This document shows, one piece after another, positions 1-11,825 of a stretch of 64,000 nt of DNA. The notes under the pieces were generated by a model. That model was not told the origin of the DNA and did not search any database. It worked only from the letters and a program-made list of their open reading frames with translations. This DNA comes from Lama glama (Eukaryota). Where the stretch lies: the NCBI GenBank assembly GCA_028534125.1, contig CM052817.1, positions 87,484,001 to 87,548,000 on the forward strand. The letters run 5' to 3'. How positions within the stretch are numbered: the stretch's first letter is position 1; the number at the start of each line of letters is the position of its first letter. The translations under genes and the position numbers were made by a program.

Positions 1-2469
1 AGAGAATTCCCACTGCCGGTCGGGACTTCTGGGTTAAAGTGCTTTAAATAATGTATGTAGTCAAAACAAATTTAGATACACTGATTAATTTAGCTTTCAG
101 AGTAAGGAATTTTATTAGAAAATGTTCTTTTCAAGCACTGAAAAAAATCTTTAAAGTGTATATAAGCCTTGGGGAGTTATTTCAACTAACGACACAGCCT
201 GAAAAGAACTGAAGCAGCATAATTCCATGTCTGAAGTTTAGATTGATTGTCACTACAGTATAGAATTTTATGGCCTCTCTGAAACAAAGAAAATATCACC
301 TTCTAATGTGAAGTCATAATTTAATTTCCTTAGTTGATATAAACTATTTTGCTGACTTTTAACAAACCCAGGAAAATGCTTAATGTTCATATATGTCTTC
401 AGATATTATATGTGTCCATGACCTGAGCCAATAAAAATGGGTTGCAGGATTAGATATAAATTAAGTGGGGCTAGTTTACCCTTTCATTTTATGTAAAGAA
501 TTTTGGATAAATAATAAGGAAGGTTTGTTATCCTTTGCCAGACTACGTGGAGGCTGCTTGGCTGTGGCAATATGGATACAAGGTACTAGATGATTCCAAC
601 ATGTGTCTGGAAATGTCCACTGGAGACATGGGACCTAAAGATTTTGAGACCCAGGGAATATACCATCTCCCAGGGTCAACTTTAAAGTAGTCTGTTCATT
701 GCCAAAAATATTTTTGTTAAAATATGTGAAAGTCATCATAACAGTAGCCTAAATTTTTAATTTACCATTAAACTCTAATTATTTTTAGTCTACTCACATT
801 TGTATAAGGTTTTAATGTATATGCAGCAAAGATGTACTTTTAATATTTTCTCCCTCATACTTGGAAAGTAATTTGATAGTATCAATTGACATGGTTCCAC
901 CAAATAGTTCCAGTTAATATCATCTATTTTAATAAATTAATCTTTAGTTTTAGCACATATATGTATACACAATATACAGTTCAATTGTACATTGTCTTCT
1001 CATATGTTGTGCTCACAGATAATTCAGTTTTTTTGTGTTCTTGTGTAAAACCTAGGTAGACACAGTAATTAAATATTAAGTATTTTAGTGCCAATGGCAG
1101 TAATGATTTTTGTCTCTTGTTAAAACTTCTGTTGCCTCAACTATTCATAACCGTACTCTGGAGTGGCTAAATAATATGTATTATGGACTCACCAATTAGG
1201 GCCCTGCTTCCTTAAAATCCTAGTTGCAAATCAGAGCTTGACTACACTAAATAGGAGCAATTGTGTTTCTCACTTAGTTCAACTTCAACAAATTCTTTCT
1301 TAAAGCCTTTAGGAAAAAAACATACGATTTAATCAGCCTTGAATCTGTGATAGTTTTCGGAAATGAACTTGGTACATTTTTAAATTAGTTTTATATGCAC
1401 AACTGCAAGCTATTGCTTTGATTACCCAAGTTGCCAAGTGCTGCTGAGTGCGGATGGGCACTTGTTTACTAGTAGAGAGCAGTGTCTTCTCACTGGGTAG
1501 CATAAATGAATCATTACCTGTGGGCCATTAATGCTTCAGTGGTCACAATGCCTTCTTTATAGGCATGCCAAGCAAGGTAGGTAAAATCAACACATACAGG
1601 GCTAAGTCCATAGTAACTACCCAGCAGAGAATAGAGGTAATTAACTGGAAAATGCAGTGTAACACAAAAAATATTTAGGAAAAACTTGTAATGAAAAAAA
1701 AAACACACACACACAATACATTCACCCAGTTCCCAACATTTGTCCCAAACTGTAATTAAATTGCATTTACCCCTCACCCTGCCATCCTTGCCCTAAGAAC
1801 AGGAATATTATTTCAAATTATGATTTGGGTATATATCATACCCCAAACCTTAGTAAGAGATCATTGATTAAGTAAATAGCTTAAGTGAAATAGAGACTAG
1901 CCATTTTTAAAAATATTATTCACTTTTAATCATTAGAATACAGGACTTGAAGTTCAGAATATTGCGTTTATTTTTGTTCTGCGATGTGTCAATATGAAAA
2001 ATATGTGACAATATTTATTCAGTGATTTTACATCTATAAAAAGGCCCTGAAGCTTCTATCTCACTCTTACATTTCTAGTAGAAGGATTATACCCACGGAA
2101 AGAACCCTAAACACAGAATCCTAGTAGTGAATCCCAGAATTTCATGAAGGAAAAACAAAACAAAAATGTGCATTAATTCCCTTTAGCTATCTTTGGCATA
2201 TCTCTACAGTGACAAACAGGGAGTATATATAAATTGGTTATGCATATAAATTAAATGCTAAATATACCTCTAAACAAGTAATATACTTTAAGAAAAATAA
2301 GAGAGATGTTGCTTGAGAGAAATTTAGACATTTAAACCAGTCATCTGGAAGGCTTCTTTCAACTATGTTGCCTTGATTCATAATACTGCTTTGGATTTTT
2401 TTTAACAAAAGAGACCCTTAGTTGTCTACATTAAACCTAATACAATTACTTCTATTCCTACCTCATTAA

Positions 2470-3618
2470 AAATAAAAAGCTCTATTGACTAATAATGTTG
2501 AACATCATTCATGGTCTTACCTGCTCTTATGTACTGAATTGTATCCCCCTTCCAAATTCGTATGTTGAAACCCTAACCCCAAATCTGAGGTAAGAAAGGT
2601 TAAGTGAAACCACAAGAGTGATGACTTAATCTGATAAGACTGTAGTCCTTATTGTGAGAAGAGGAAGAGACACAAGAGAATTCTCGCTCTCTCTGCAAGC
2701 ACACAGAGGAAGGACACAGGGGTAAGACGTCCATCTACAAGTCAGCAAGACAGTCCTCACCAGAAACAAACCCTGACAGCCCCTTGACCTTAGACTTCTA
2801 GCCTTCAGAAATGCAGGGCAATAATTTTTGTGTCATGGAGCCCTGGCAGACTAATACACAACCTATCCATATTTATTCTTTATAAAATGTTTCTTCATGT
2901 GCTTTGCCCATTTTCTAATTGGATTGGTGCTATTTTTCATGTTGAGTTTTGAGAGTTCTTTATATACTCCAGATATTAGTGCTTGTCACACATGTGGTCT
3001 GCAATATTTTCTCCTAGTCTATAGCTTGTCTTTTCATTCTCTTAACAGAGTGTTTTGCAAAGAAAAGTTTAATATTAATGTAGTCTAATTTGTTTTTCCT
3101 TGTATGGGCCATGTTTTTAGTGTCATCTAAGTACTCTTTGCCTAAGCCTTAGTTCTGAAGATCTTCCCCACATTTCCCCTAGAAGTTTTATAACTTTGAA
3201 TTGCCTATGTGAGTCTGTAATCCATTTTTAGTTACTTTTTGCATAACATATGAGACTTAGGTTGAGCTTCCTCTTTTTATCCATAGATGACGTCCAATTT
3301 GTTCTAGCACCACTTGCTGAAAAAGTTATCACTGAATTGTTTTTATGTCTTTGCAAAAATCACTTAGGCATATTTGTGTGGACCTTTTTGAGGTACTCTG
3401 GTCTGTTTCATTGATCTATGTGTTTATCTGTCAAATACTACACAGTATCTATATCAGTATTACAGTCTTCAGTACCCAATTATTCCATTTGTATTCTTTT
3501 TTATTTAAAATTGTTTTAGTGATTGAAGATCCTTTGCCTTTCTATATAAATATTAGAATAATCTTGTTTGTGTCTACAAACTATTTCTGTGATTTTGATA
3601 GAAAATATGTTAAACCTG
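2470..3618 (-). mobile_element. Old L1 (L1MD/L1MC-like) ORF2 3' region, antisense, interrupted by MLT1B
   Basis: Antisense L1 motifs 'actaataatgttgaacatcattcatg', 'tttgcccattttctaattggattgg', 'ttctagcaccacttgctgaaaaag'. Resumes after 2858. Confidence 0.8.
2525..2858 (+). mobile_element. MLT1B-like ERVL-MaLR solo LTR
   Basis: Starts 'tcttatgtactgaattgtatccccc...tatgttgaaaccctaacccc', contains 'gacttctagccttcagaa', ends 'gcagactaataca'. Confidence 0.85.
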
Positions 3619-4250
3619 TGTTTTTTTTATACTCACTCTACTTCTGACATCAGATATGTGGTTTTTCCACACCAAGCAATTGTCCTCTTGATGGAAACTG
3701 ACTAGTGTCCTACAATTTAACTCAATTCTGACAGTATTTGCTGAGATTAGTGCAGATCCCACAGGTTAAGTGCTCAGTCCCACAAGATGACCCTACTTCA
3801 GATGCCAATTTATAGCCAAGTTATTCAGGTACTTCTAACTGACTGGCTATAAACTGGGTGCTCCCATGACTCTCTTCTTGGGTTTGATAATTTGTTAGGA
3901 CTCACAGAACTCAAGAAAGCACTTTAATTCCCACTACTGGTTTATTATAAAGGATATAATTCAGGAACAGCCAAATGGAAGAGATGAATAGGACAAGGTA
4001 TGTGGGAAGGAGTGCAGAATGTTCATGACCTATCCAGATACACCATCCTCCCAGCACTTCCATATGGTCACCAACACAGAAGCCCTCCTAAGTTTTTTGT
4101 TCAGAATTTTAATGAAGGCTTCATTACATATGCAAGATTGATTAAATCATTGGCCTTTGGTGACTGAACTTAATATGTAGCTTCTCTTCTCTCCTAAGGT
4201 CAGGGGTATAGGACTGAAGTTTCCAATCCTCTAATCACATGGTTGGTGTC
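3619..4250 (-). mobile_element. MER21-family LTR, partial
   Basis: Diagnostic 'caattctgacagtatttgctgagattagtgcagatcccacaggttaagtgctcagtcccacaag' and 'ggaacagccaaatggaagagatgaatagg'. Same family as 46224-47039. Confidence 0.85.
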
Positions 4251-4254
4251 TTCA

Positions 4255-5105
4255 GGAGGGTGGGGAGTGGTACCACCTCCTCAATGCCATATGGTGTAAA
4301 ACTCTGCCTTCCTCATCTGTCACTTTTGACAGCTTAAGGTGTGGACTCCTTTTCAGTACTAGGTAGCAGTGATAGTGCTGAACCCCACTAAGCATTCATT
4401 GATAGTTCTCTGATGAGGAGTAGGAGTCTTGTTACCCTTCCTCACGTGACTTCCACTGACACCATGGGGAAGAGATGCTGATGGCCTCTTTGTTATTGGG
4501 CTATGAAGAAAGTGCTCTCTATTCATTCGGGCTCCCCCAACCCTCTTTTGTCACCCCAGTGGTAAGGGAAAAAAGTGCCTTATCTCTGCTGGTTGTTGAT
4601 GAAAGTCCAACCTCCTTACTCAGCCTTCTCTGAAACCACCTTAGGGCATTAAGGGTGATTTGTTACAACTTAGCAACATTGGATGTCTACCCTTCCAACT
4701 GGGCCTTTGCTAGCATGGGTCGGTTGTGCCCTAATGTTTTCTGTTGTATCTTTCTGGATTATAGTGGTTATAATCTACAAGTTTTTGTTTTGCTAGGATA
4801 CTCCTTTCATGATCATTTGGCTACAGAGAGAGGCTTCTGTTTAATATCTTTTTACCTGTACCCACTTGCATTTTGGGGTTGTTGCCTTCTTTAGCTTCAA
4901 GCCTGGGATATATATAAAGCAAAAATAAAACCTAGGGAAGTCCTTTGTTATTGTATTCCAAAGTCTCTAGCTATCTGTCCTCCCTCTAACTTTTAGAGTC
5001 TTCTAATGTTTGTTTTATATCAGGATTACACTTGTTTAGCTATACCTTGGTTATACTCATTGAGAGGAATTGGGAAAAGTATGTCTACTCTATCTTCCAG
5101 GAAGC
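4255..5105 (-). mobile_element. Old L1 5' end (L1MD-type 5' UTR), antisense
   Basis: Ends with 'ggaattgggaaaagtatgtctactctatcttccaggaagc', the reverse complement of the L1MD-type 5' terminus. Degenerate monomer-like repeats at 4300-4700. Confidence 0.65.
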
Positions 5106-5949
5106 CAAAAAACTCAGTTTTCTTTTTGGGGAGTAAATTCAAGATATTTTATAAGACACAGGAAAATACTATCCCATTATTTAAAAACATCCAACTTGTG
5201 ACAAAAATAGTATTTTCTAATATAACTGGAGGTGATGACAAATACTAGGATCCAAATATCTAGTAAGGAATAGGTATGTAGTTATGCTGCTTAGAGAATG
5301 GAACCAGACTGGAAATTTTAATTTGAAAGCTACTTGCATGTTGGTAATTGGTCAATTGTGAAAATGACTGAGATTGTTAAGAAAAAAATTTAGAATGAGA
5401 AAAGGAAGACAAAATACAAAACTTTGAAGACAGCAATGAACTGAATTCAGAAAAACAGCAAGCAAGAGATTTGCTATCTTCCCAAAATCTGCAAAGAAAT
5501 AGAAAAGCTTATCCTTTTACTTTTATATTCTCTAAACATAGTTTTGCAAATACATACTAAAAAATTAATAAGCACTCCTTATGATAAACTAGGATCTCTG
5601 CTTTAAAAGACATTTGTCATATTTCAATACATTAAAAAAAGATATACCTTGAGCTTTAAAGATGTTGAAGGCAGGAAATACACACACACACACACACATT
5701 TGAGTTACTGACACAAACATGGAAATAACTGCATAGTCTATTTTTCCATCTCTTTATATTACAGAGCATCATTTAGGGAGTTTGGTAATAGGAAATTCTG
5801 TGAAGCCAGGATAGACTTATTCATTTAGACTTAAAATTTACTTCTTTATATTCTGAAAAATGAAATGTTTACTCTTAATATCAATAGCAGATAAATACCT
5901 TTGATCTTGATATCAACTGTAATTCTCCTGATAAACAAATATATTGAAT

Positions 5950-7080
5950 TGAGAAGTATATTTACTTTTTTTTCCTTTATGAAACTCCAGCATATTGGCA
6001 GTAAAGGCATACAATTTTATAAACCAAAAAAGATAAAGAGAACAGGAGCAAGGATGACAGAAGATAAGAAATGTCAGTGAAATTACAGAATAGTAAAGTA
6101 GTTTATAATAGTAAGTAATTCAGCCTAATAGGGAATGTTGAAACCTAAGTGCTAAGGGAAAAAAACAGAAAAAATCAAGCTGAACTGTTTTGTGAAAAGT
6201 CACAAAGACTCAGTTATTGGAGTAAACAAATACATCAAGAGAAAGGAGTAATTGGGAGGGCTGAAAATGAGACAGTTAGAAGTTGAAAGTAATCTATTCT
6301 AGAATTCCTACTCTCTCCCCAAATATCCAAGCAATTACCAGTCTCCAATTTAGAATAGTATTTCATGATTTACACAAAAAATTATCATATTTCCACCAGA
6401 TTGCCTAAATGGAAGCCCCATTTATATCTAGCCTTGTTCATGCTATAAAACTCTAAATATATTCACACGAAAGATGAATAAAGTCTTTTACCACAAAAGT
6501 CAAAGATGAAAGGAAGAGAAAAACAACAATCAAAAAACAGAAATAATTCAGAGAGCAGGAATATATATATATGTGTATACATTTATAATACAATTATTAC
6601 CAAAAAGAGAATATTTGTGTATATTTATGTGTACCTATATAAACACTACTATCTTAGGAGAGTTAATATAATTTGTTGCATCCATGATATATAAAAAAGA
6701 CACCATAAATTAAAAACAATCAGAACTAGAAAGAGTTCATGGAAATAAAAAAATATGATCAGGAATTTTAACAAAATCCAATAGGACAGTTCAAAGAGAA
6801 AATACAGAAAGTCACCAGAAACATAAAACAAATGAAGAAGAGATTTAAAAAGAGAGAGAGAAAAGACAAGAAAATAAAATAATTAAAAAAAAAATTCTAA
6901 TTGCTAATGAAGTCTAAAGAAAAGAAATGACAAAAGTAGAAGAAAGAAATGATCAAAGAAATAATTCAAGAAAATTTCCTGGGACTCCAAGATGCATTTT
7001 TATGCCAAAGAACTTACAGAATTAGCAGATCAGTGAATGCCAAAGGTTTACTCCAAAGGCACATCATAAACCATTGTTAA
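5950..7080 (+). mobile_element. HAL1/L1ME-like 5' UTR and ORF1 remnant
   Basis: A-rich. ORF1 motifs 'gaaataattcaagaaaatttc' (EIIQENF) and 'aggcacatcata' (RHII). Confidence 0.6.
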
Positions 7081-7089
7081 ATCAAAACC

Positions 7090-7186
7090 TTTTCATTATA
7101 TAGGTTACTATAAGATATTGAATATAGTTCCCTGTGTTATACAGTATAAACTTGTATATCTATTTTATATACAGTAGTTAGTATAT
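7090..7186 (-). mobile_element. Cetartiodactyl-type L1 3' UTR fragment
   Basis: 'aagatattgaatatagttccctgtgttatacagta' is the reverse complement of the L1 3' UTR motif also seen at 30445-30490. Confidence 0.8.
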
Positions 7187-7574
7187 AGGGTATTTCAAAA
7201 AAATTGATTAAAATTTCATTAAGTTGACAGTAAATCATGAAAAATTTTATGATATTTTACTATGTTATTTTGACCATAAAACTTTGTTATAAAAATAATT
7301 GAATGACATCACTGTAACAAAATTCTAACCAATATTACCTAACTTTGTATGTGAAAACATAGTTCTTAAAACTGTCATCAAAAAATGCCAAAAGGTAAGA
7401 ATAAAATTAATGGTAAAGCCAAATCATTCTACAAAGTCAGTATGTATCCACAGATGATATATAATTAGAAAAAAAAAAAGGCATTCCACAACAATGTTAA
7501 TTGGTTCAGGCTTAGAATTTATCTCTTGTGTTTTCACTTTTGGAAATGGTTCTGTAGGTGGTGCCAACCAATCT

Positions 7575-8205
7575 TCTTTCATTCAACAACTAGGCAAGCT
7601 GGACAAAATATTTAAAATGTCTTAATGAAAACTCTGTTTGAAGACTTGAGAGAATAACTGAGGTTGTGAGGATTTATGTATCTGAAGCCCACGGAGGGAG
7701 AAAAGTCCAGAGAGGTGAGCTTAGCTACAAGGGTGACTTTCAACTAGAGACATTTGTCTGTTGTCATAGTGAAAAGAAAGCTGTGCGAGGAACTCTAAGA
7801 AGCTAAGCAGGACTTTTAATATCCAACCTGGATTGAGGGACCAACATTTAAATTCCAGGGTCTGACAAGGAAAAAGTTCATTATTAACAGCGCTCTCTTG
7901 AATCACATCTCTTCTTGAACCCTTAGTTCTCCTTTTAATTTTTTAATACAGTGCTATCAACATAAAAGAGAGCAGCAAGATTGGGCAAGCCAGGACACCA
8001 TATGCTGAGGAGAAATGGGAGAGGTAAATACATGGGTACACCTAAATTAATATGTACTCTATAAAGAAATAATAATACAATGAGAGTTAAAGAAAGATTT
8101 AAAAATACATGCCAACAATAATATTACAACAATATAAAACACTTCCCAATATTGACCATATGTTGGGTCACAAAGCAGATCTCAACAAATGCCAAAGGTA
8201 TCAAT
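7575..8205 (+). mobile_element. Fragments of old L1M (5' region and endonuclease piece)
   Basis: 'aagctggacaaaatattt' 5'-end motif, and 'attgaccatatgttgggtcacaaagcagatctcaacaaatgc' encoding IDHMLGHKADLNKC (L1 endonuclease motif). Confidence 0.55.
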
Positions 8206-9013
8206 TATGGTAAAAATGTATTTCACACATTTTTTAAGTAAGGAAAGTGTGTGCTAATTTCAAATACTTTATATTAAGTCTTAATATTGCTTCAGATATA
8301 AATGAGTATAAAATCTTCTCATTCTGGTCAGTAAAAATAAATATTATACCTTGGAAAATGAAAAAAAAAAGATAAAAATATATCTTTTTTCCTAATAAAG
8401 AAATACTACTGTTCTTACTATTAGCTATGGAATAAAAGTTTCTCTAACAATAATCTGTTTATAAACAAATGTATAATGTTTTCTTCATGGTGGAAAAGTT
8501 AATCAGGAGATTATAAATTCATATCAAAGAAAAATCTGGAAATTATCTTTAAATATATTTATGGTGGCAAACACAGATTTGAATCACCAGTTCCCATTTT
8601 TTATCTTATTAGAAGACAAACCACACTCAGGAAGAAAATAACAATGAAAGGCAAATTTGGGGAGTGATATTATCTAAATTCGATGAGTATTAGCTTGTCC
8701 AAATTAGAAGCTGACCTTGATTCACACTAAAGACTTGGGAGAAATCAGCCCAGCCTAGCCCCAAAAGAAACTAGGTCAATCAAATTCCAAAAGTAGGATT
8801 TATGAAACTTAAGATTAGTGTTTACACAGAGTCTCAGGGTACTTTACTATGAAAGTCTTAATTTCTAAAATATAATTAAACCTAATCAGATGTTATGTTA
8901 AGGAGGGAAAGCTAGAAATTAAGATGAGGACGACTTGGTCGACATTAATTGATAGAGATGTACCTAACACGGGTTAGATCTGCTTTGGGAAGAATAATGC
9001 ACATCACGTAGAT

Positions 9014-9137
9014 TTTTGTTGCTGTTGTTGTTGTTTTTCAGTAACCATTTTTTAAATGGAGGTACTAGGGATTGAACCCAGGACCTCATGCATGCTAAGC
9101 ATGTGCTCTATCATTGAACTATACCCCCGCCCTCTTA
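9014..9137 (-). mobile_element. tRNA-Ala(AGC)-derived camelid SINE (vic-1 type)
   Basis: The reverse complement of 9057-9128 is a 72-nt tRNA-Ala-like head with B box GGTTCAATCCC and an A-rich tail. Imperfect TSD cacatcacgtagat (9000-9013) / cacatcatttaaat (9138-9151). Confidence 0.85.
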
Positions 9138-9499
9138 CACATCATTTAAATATGATCCCTTCCTGAAGCGTAACTCACCTTCTCATAGGATGTGATATCA
9201 TTCATGATTATGTAGAAATATTTGTTTGACAAGCTATGCTAATTGGCCCTGGGGCAGTTTGACAATGTTGATCACTCCCCCATCCTCTACCCCCAAACAC
9301 CCCAATTGTTATTAAGATCCTTTGATCTTTTTATTATTCTACTAACTAGATTCCTAGGATTGCTCCTTATGCCTCTCACACCACCCTGTCTTCTGGGAGA
9401 GACTGTTCTGCCTAGAGCTGAGCTTTCTAGGAAGTCTAAATGCACATGGATAACAGTATTTGAGAAAACTTCTATAATATGGTGAGGACCAACTTTGTC

Positions 9500-9640
9500 A
9501 CACATTTACAAGGCACTTTACGTGAATTAAGAATAGGTAGTGGCTACAATCTCCATTTACAAAACCTGAAACTTGTAAGAAGTAGGTCAATTGCTTAATA
9601 TTATACAGCGACTATGCAAAGTGGCATTTGAATAGTTCTT
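9500..9640 (-). mobile_element. MIR SINE fragment
   Basis: Core-like 'atctccatttacaaaacctgaaact...ggtcaattgcttaatattatacagc'. Confidence 0.55.
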
Positions 9641-9959
9641 ATCCATTTTCACAACTCATGTACCTAGTCGCCCCATAAAACCTCATAAGAAGCATATACT
9701 CTGCTATGTGACCCATCTTTCTCACTGCAGCAACTGAATGGAATACATGTATATATATACACACACACATACACACAAGCAAGTAATGTCTAAGATGAAC
9801 AGCCGCAAAATACCTGCTGCACAAGGATGGTCTTTAGTAACTATCAGAAATAGTGAAATCCTTTCTTTTATGCATTTTGATTTTTAAAAAATATCCAATT
9901 CAGAGACTACAGCAGAAAGCTTAAATATATAAACATGTATATATAAGGAGGTTAAGGTT

Positions 9960-10340
9960 AAGTTGGTTTAAAATGGAGGCTTTTAAATTTTTCTCTGTAA
10001 ATTAGAAAGCACAATAATTTGCAAAGAATAAGGGCAAGGTGGTTGGGTCAGAAACTTGAAAAGAGTAAATATTTTAAAATAGTATAAAGAACCAGAGAAT
10101 AAACCAATTTAGAGAAATATTGTGGAATTTCTGAGCAGTTTAGTTGTCCCTATTAAATACAATGAAAATAACTTTATAATTCCCTAATTAAGTGATGATC
10201 TTTAGTAATCCTTGGCAACCCAGACACAAGTGTAAATAAGTAGAACTAGGAAGCCCTCTAGAATTTAGGTTTTAGCCATATTGGCATGACAAATGGATTA
10301 ATGGATACAAGAATTGAACACACTGACAAAATAATGAAAT
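9960..10340 (-). mobile_element. Degenerate L2 fragment
   Basis: 'ttttctctgtaaattagaaagcac' and 'gaatttctgagcagttttagttgtccc' resemble antisense L2 ORF2. Confidence 0.4.
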
Positions 10341-11230
10341 AATGGACAGCTTAATACAAACATAATTCAATAGAACATGGTTGTAGGACCTGAAAAATTA
10401 GACACCATTTCCCTCTGAAAAAAATGTTTGCCTCCCTTTTGCCTGAAATGAATATGGAATTTGAGAGCAATGAATGACACAAATTACACAGATGTCTTCA
10501 GGCTTCCTTTGCTCCCGTGGTTCTGTAATGCCAATGTTTTATTCTCACTGGTTTCAACACTTTCCATAAAGATGGGATTTTCCAAGCTTTTCGATGTTTC
10601 TAGGCCCCAGCAATATCGTGAATCTGTCAACCATTTGGTCATGTAATAGCTCTCTTCCTGAACTTTTCAGCTAATTCTGTGTGAACTATTTAGACTCAGA
10701 ACCAAGAACAAGCTAAGTGTTCACATCCATTTTATAGTTCCCTCAGAGTATAAAATGTGACCTCATGATGATATCCTGTCAATTTTTTTTTTACTTCCTT
10801 AGAACACTAAGGTGTATTTTTCCTATATTTACAGCAACTTAAAAAATGAGGCAGCACAATTTGTAAAAGCAAGAGTTTAGGCACTAAGATTAAAAGAACT
10901 TAGATGTTTCCCATAGATTTTCTCAGCAAAGAAACTCATGTATTTTGGTTGATTTTGCTTAAAAACAATTGACAATAATCACAGCCAGTCAACTTCATTT
11001 GAATGAGAAAAATAATTATATGTTTATGTCAAGTGATATTAAACTCCATGTGAGAACTGTTCAAGTGTGTCCTAGGACAAAATTGAAGACAAAAAATGTC
11101 TAATAGGTGGAAAAAACCCACAGAGACTTAATGTTTGAAAAAGCCCATAATAGACTTGATGTTTCCAAGAAGTAGAAGACAGGTGATATTGGGATTTTTA
11201 TAGAAAATAGTCTGCTGGGATCTGAGAGTG

Positions 11231-11242
11231 TCTGACGTCAGA
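11231..11242. promoter_or_regulatory. Full palindromic CRE (TGACGTCA) within a 12-bp palindrome
   Basis: tcTGACGTCAga with the CpG intact. Motif only, function unproven. Confidence 0.3.
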
Positions 11243-11825
11243 GCTGGTACACTTTAAAGTGAGTTGATCGCAGATGCTGCAAAAGGAAAACTCACTGATG
11301 ATAAGGAAGTCAAAGAGCTGAGAGGCCAGGGTTTGAACGGGTCATCCATGTCTTGAGCCTACCTAGATTTATGGCAGTTAAGACGAAAAGTATCTAAGCC
11401 GATATCTCCATGAGTTAGTGAATGAATGAATAACATGGTCATACTCTGAAACTTCAACTGGAGTTTTCTACTTTTTTATTTATTGAGTAATACATATCAT
11501 TAGCTACCTGAACAATTCTAATAGCCTCCTATATGGACTGTGTGAAGACTTTTAGCTTTTTCCAACATATTCCCCAAGCTGGCATCAGTTATTTTAATAA
11601 TGTGCTTTCTTACAAGACGACTTCCCGCTTTCAAAACATAAAACACAATGGCTTTCACAATCTAGCTCCACTTCAAATTTCCATTATTAAAGTCTCTCTG
11701 TCCTATCTCTATATTAAACATCCATCACTTGTTCTTTATTCTCAGTGTGCCACATAACATTTTACTTATTTTATTCCATCTGCTTTTTTGTCCTCCTGGT
11801 ATTCCAGGAACATTCCTCTACACGC

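Noticed and set aside
9057..9128. Functional tRNA-Ala(AGC) gene
   Set aside because: The A box/D-arm is mutated (TAGTTCAATGAT), and the A-rich tail and TSD indicate a SINE copy.
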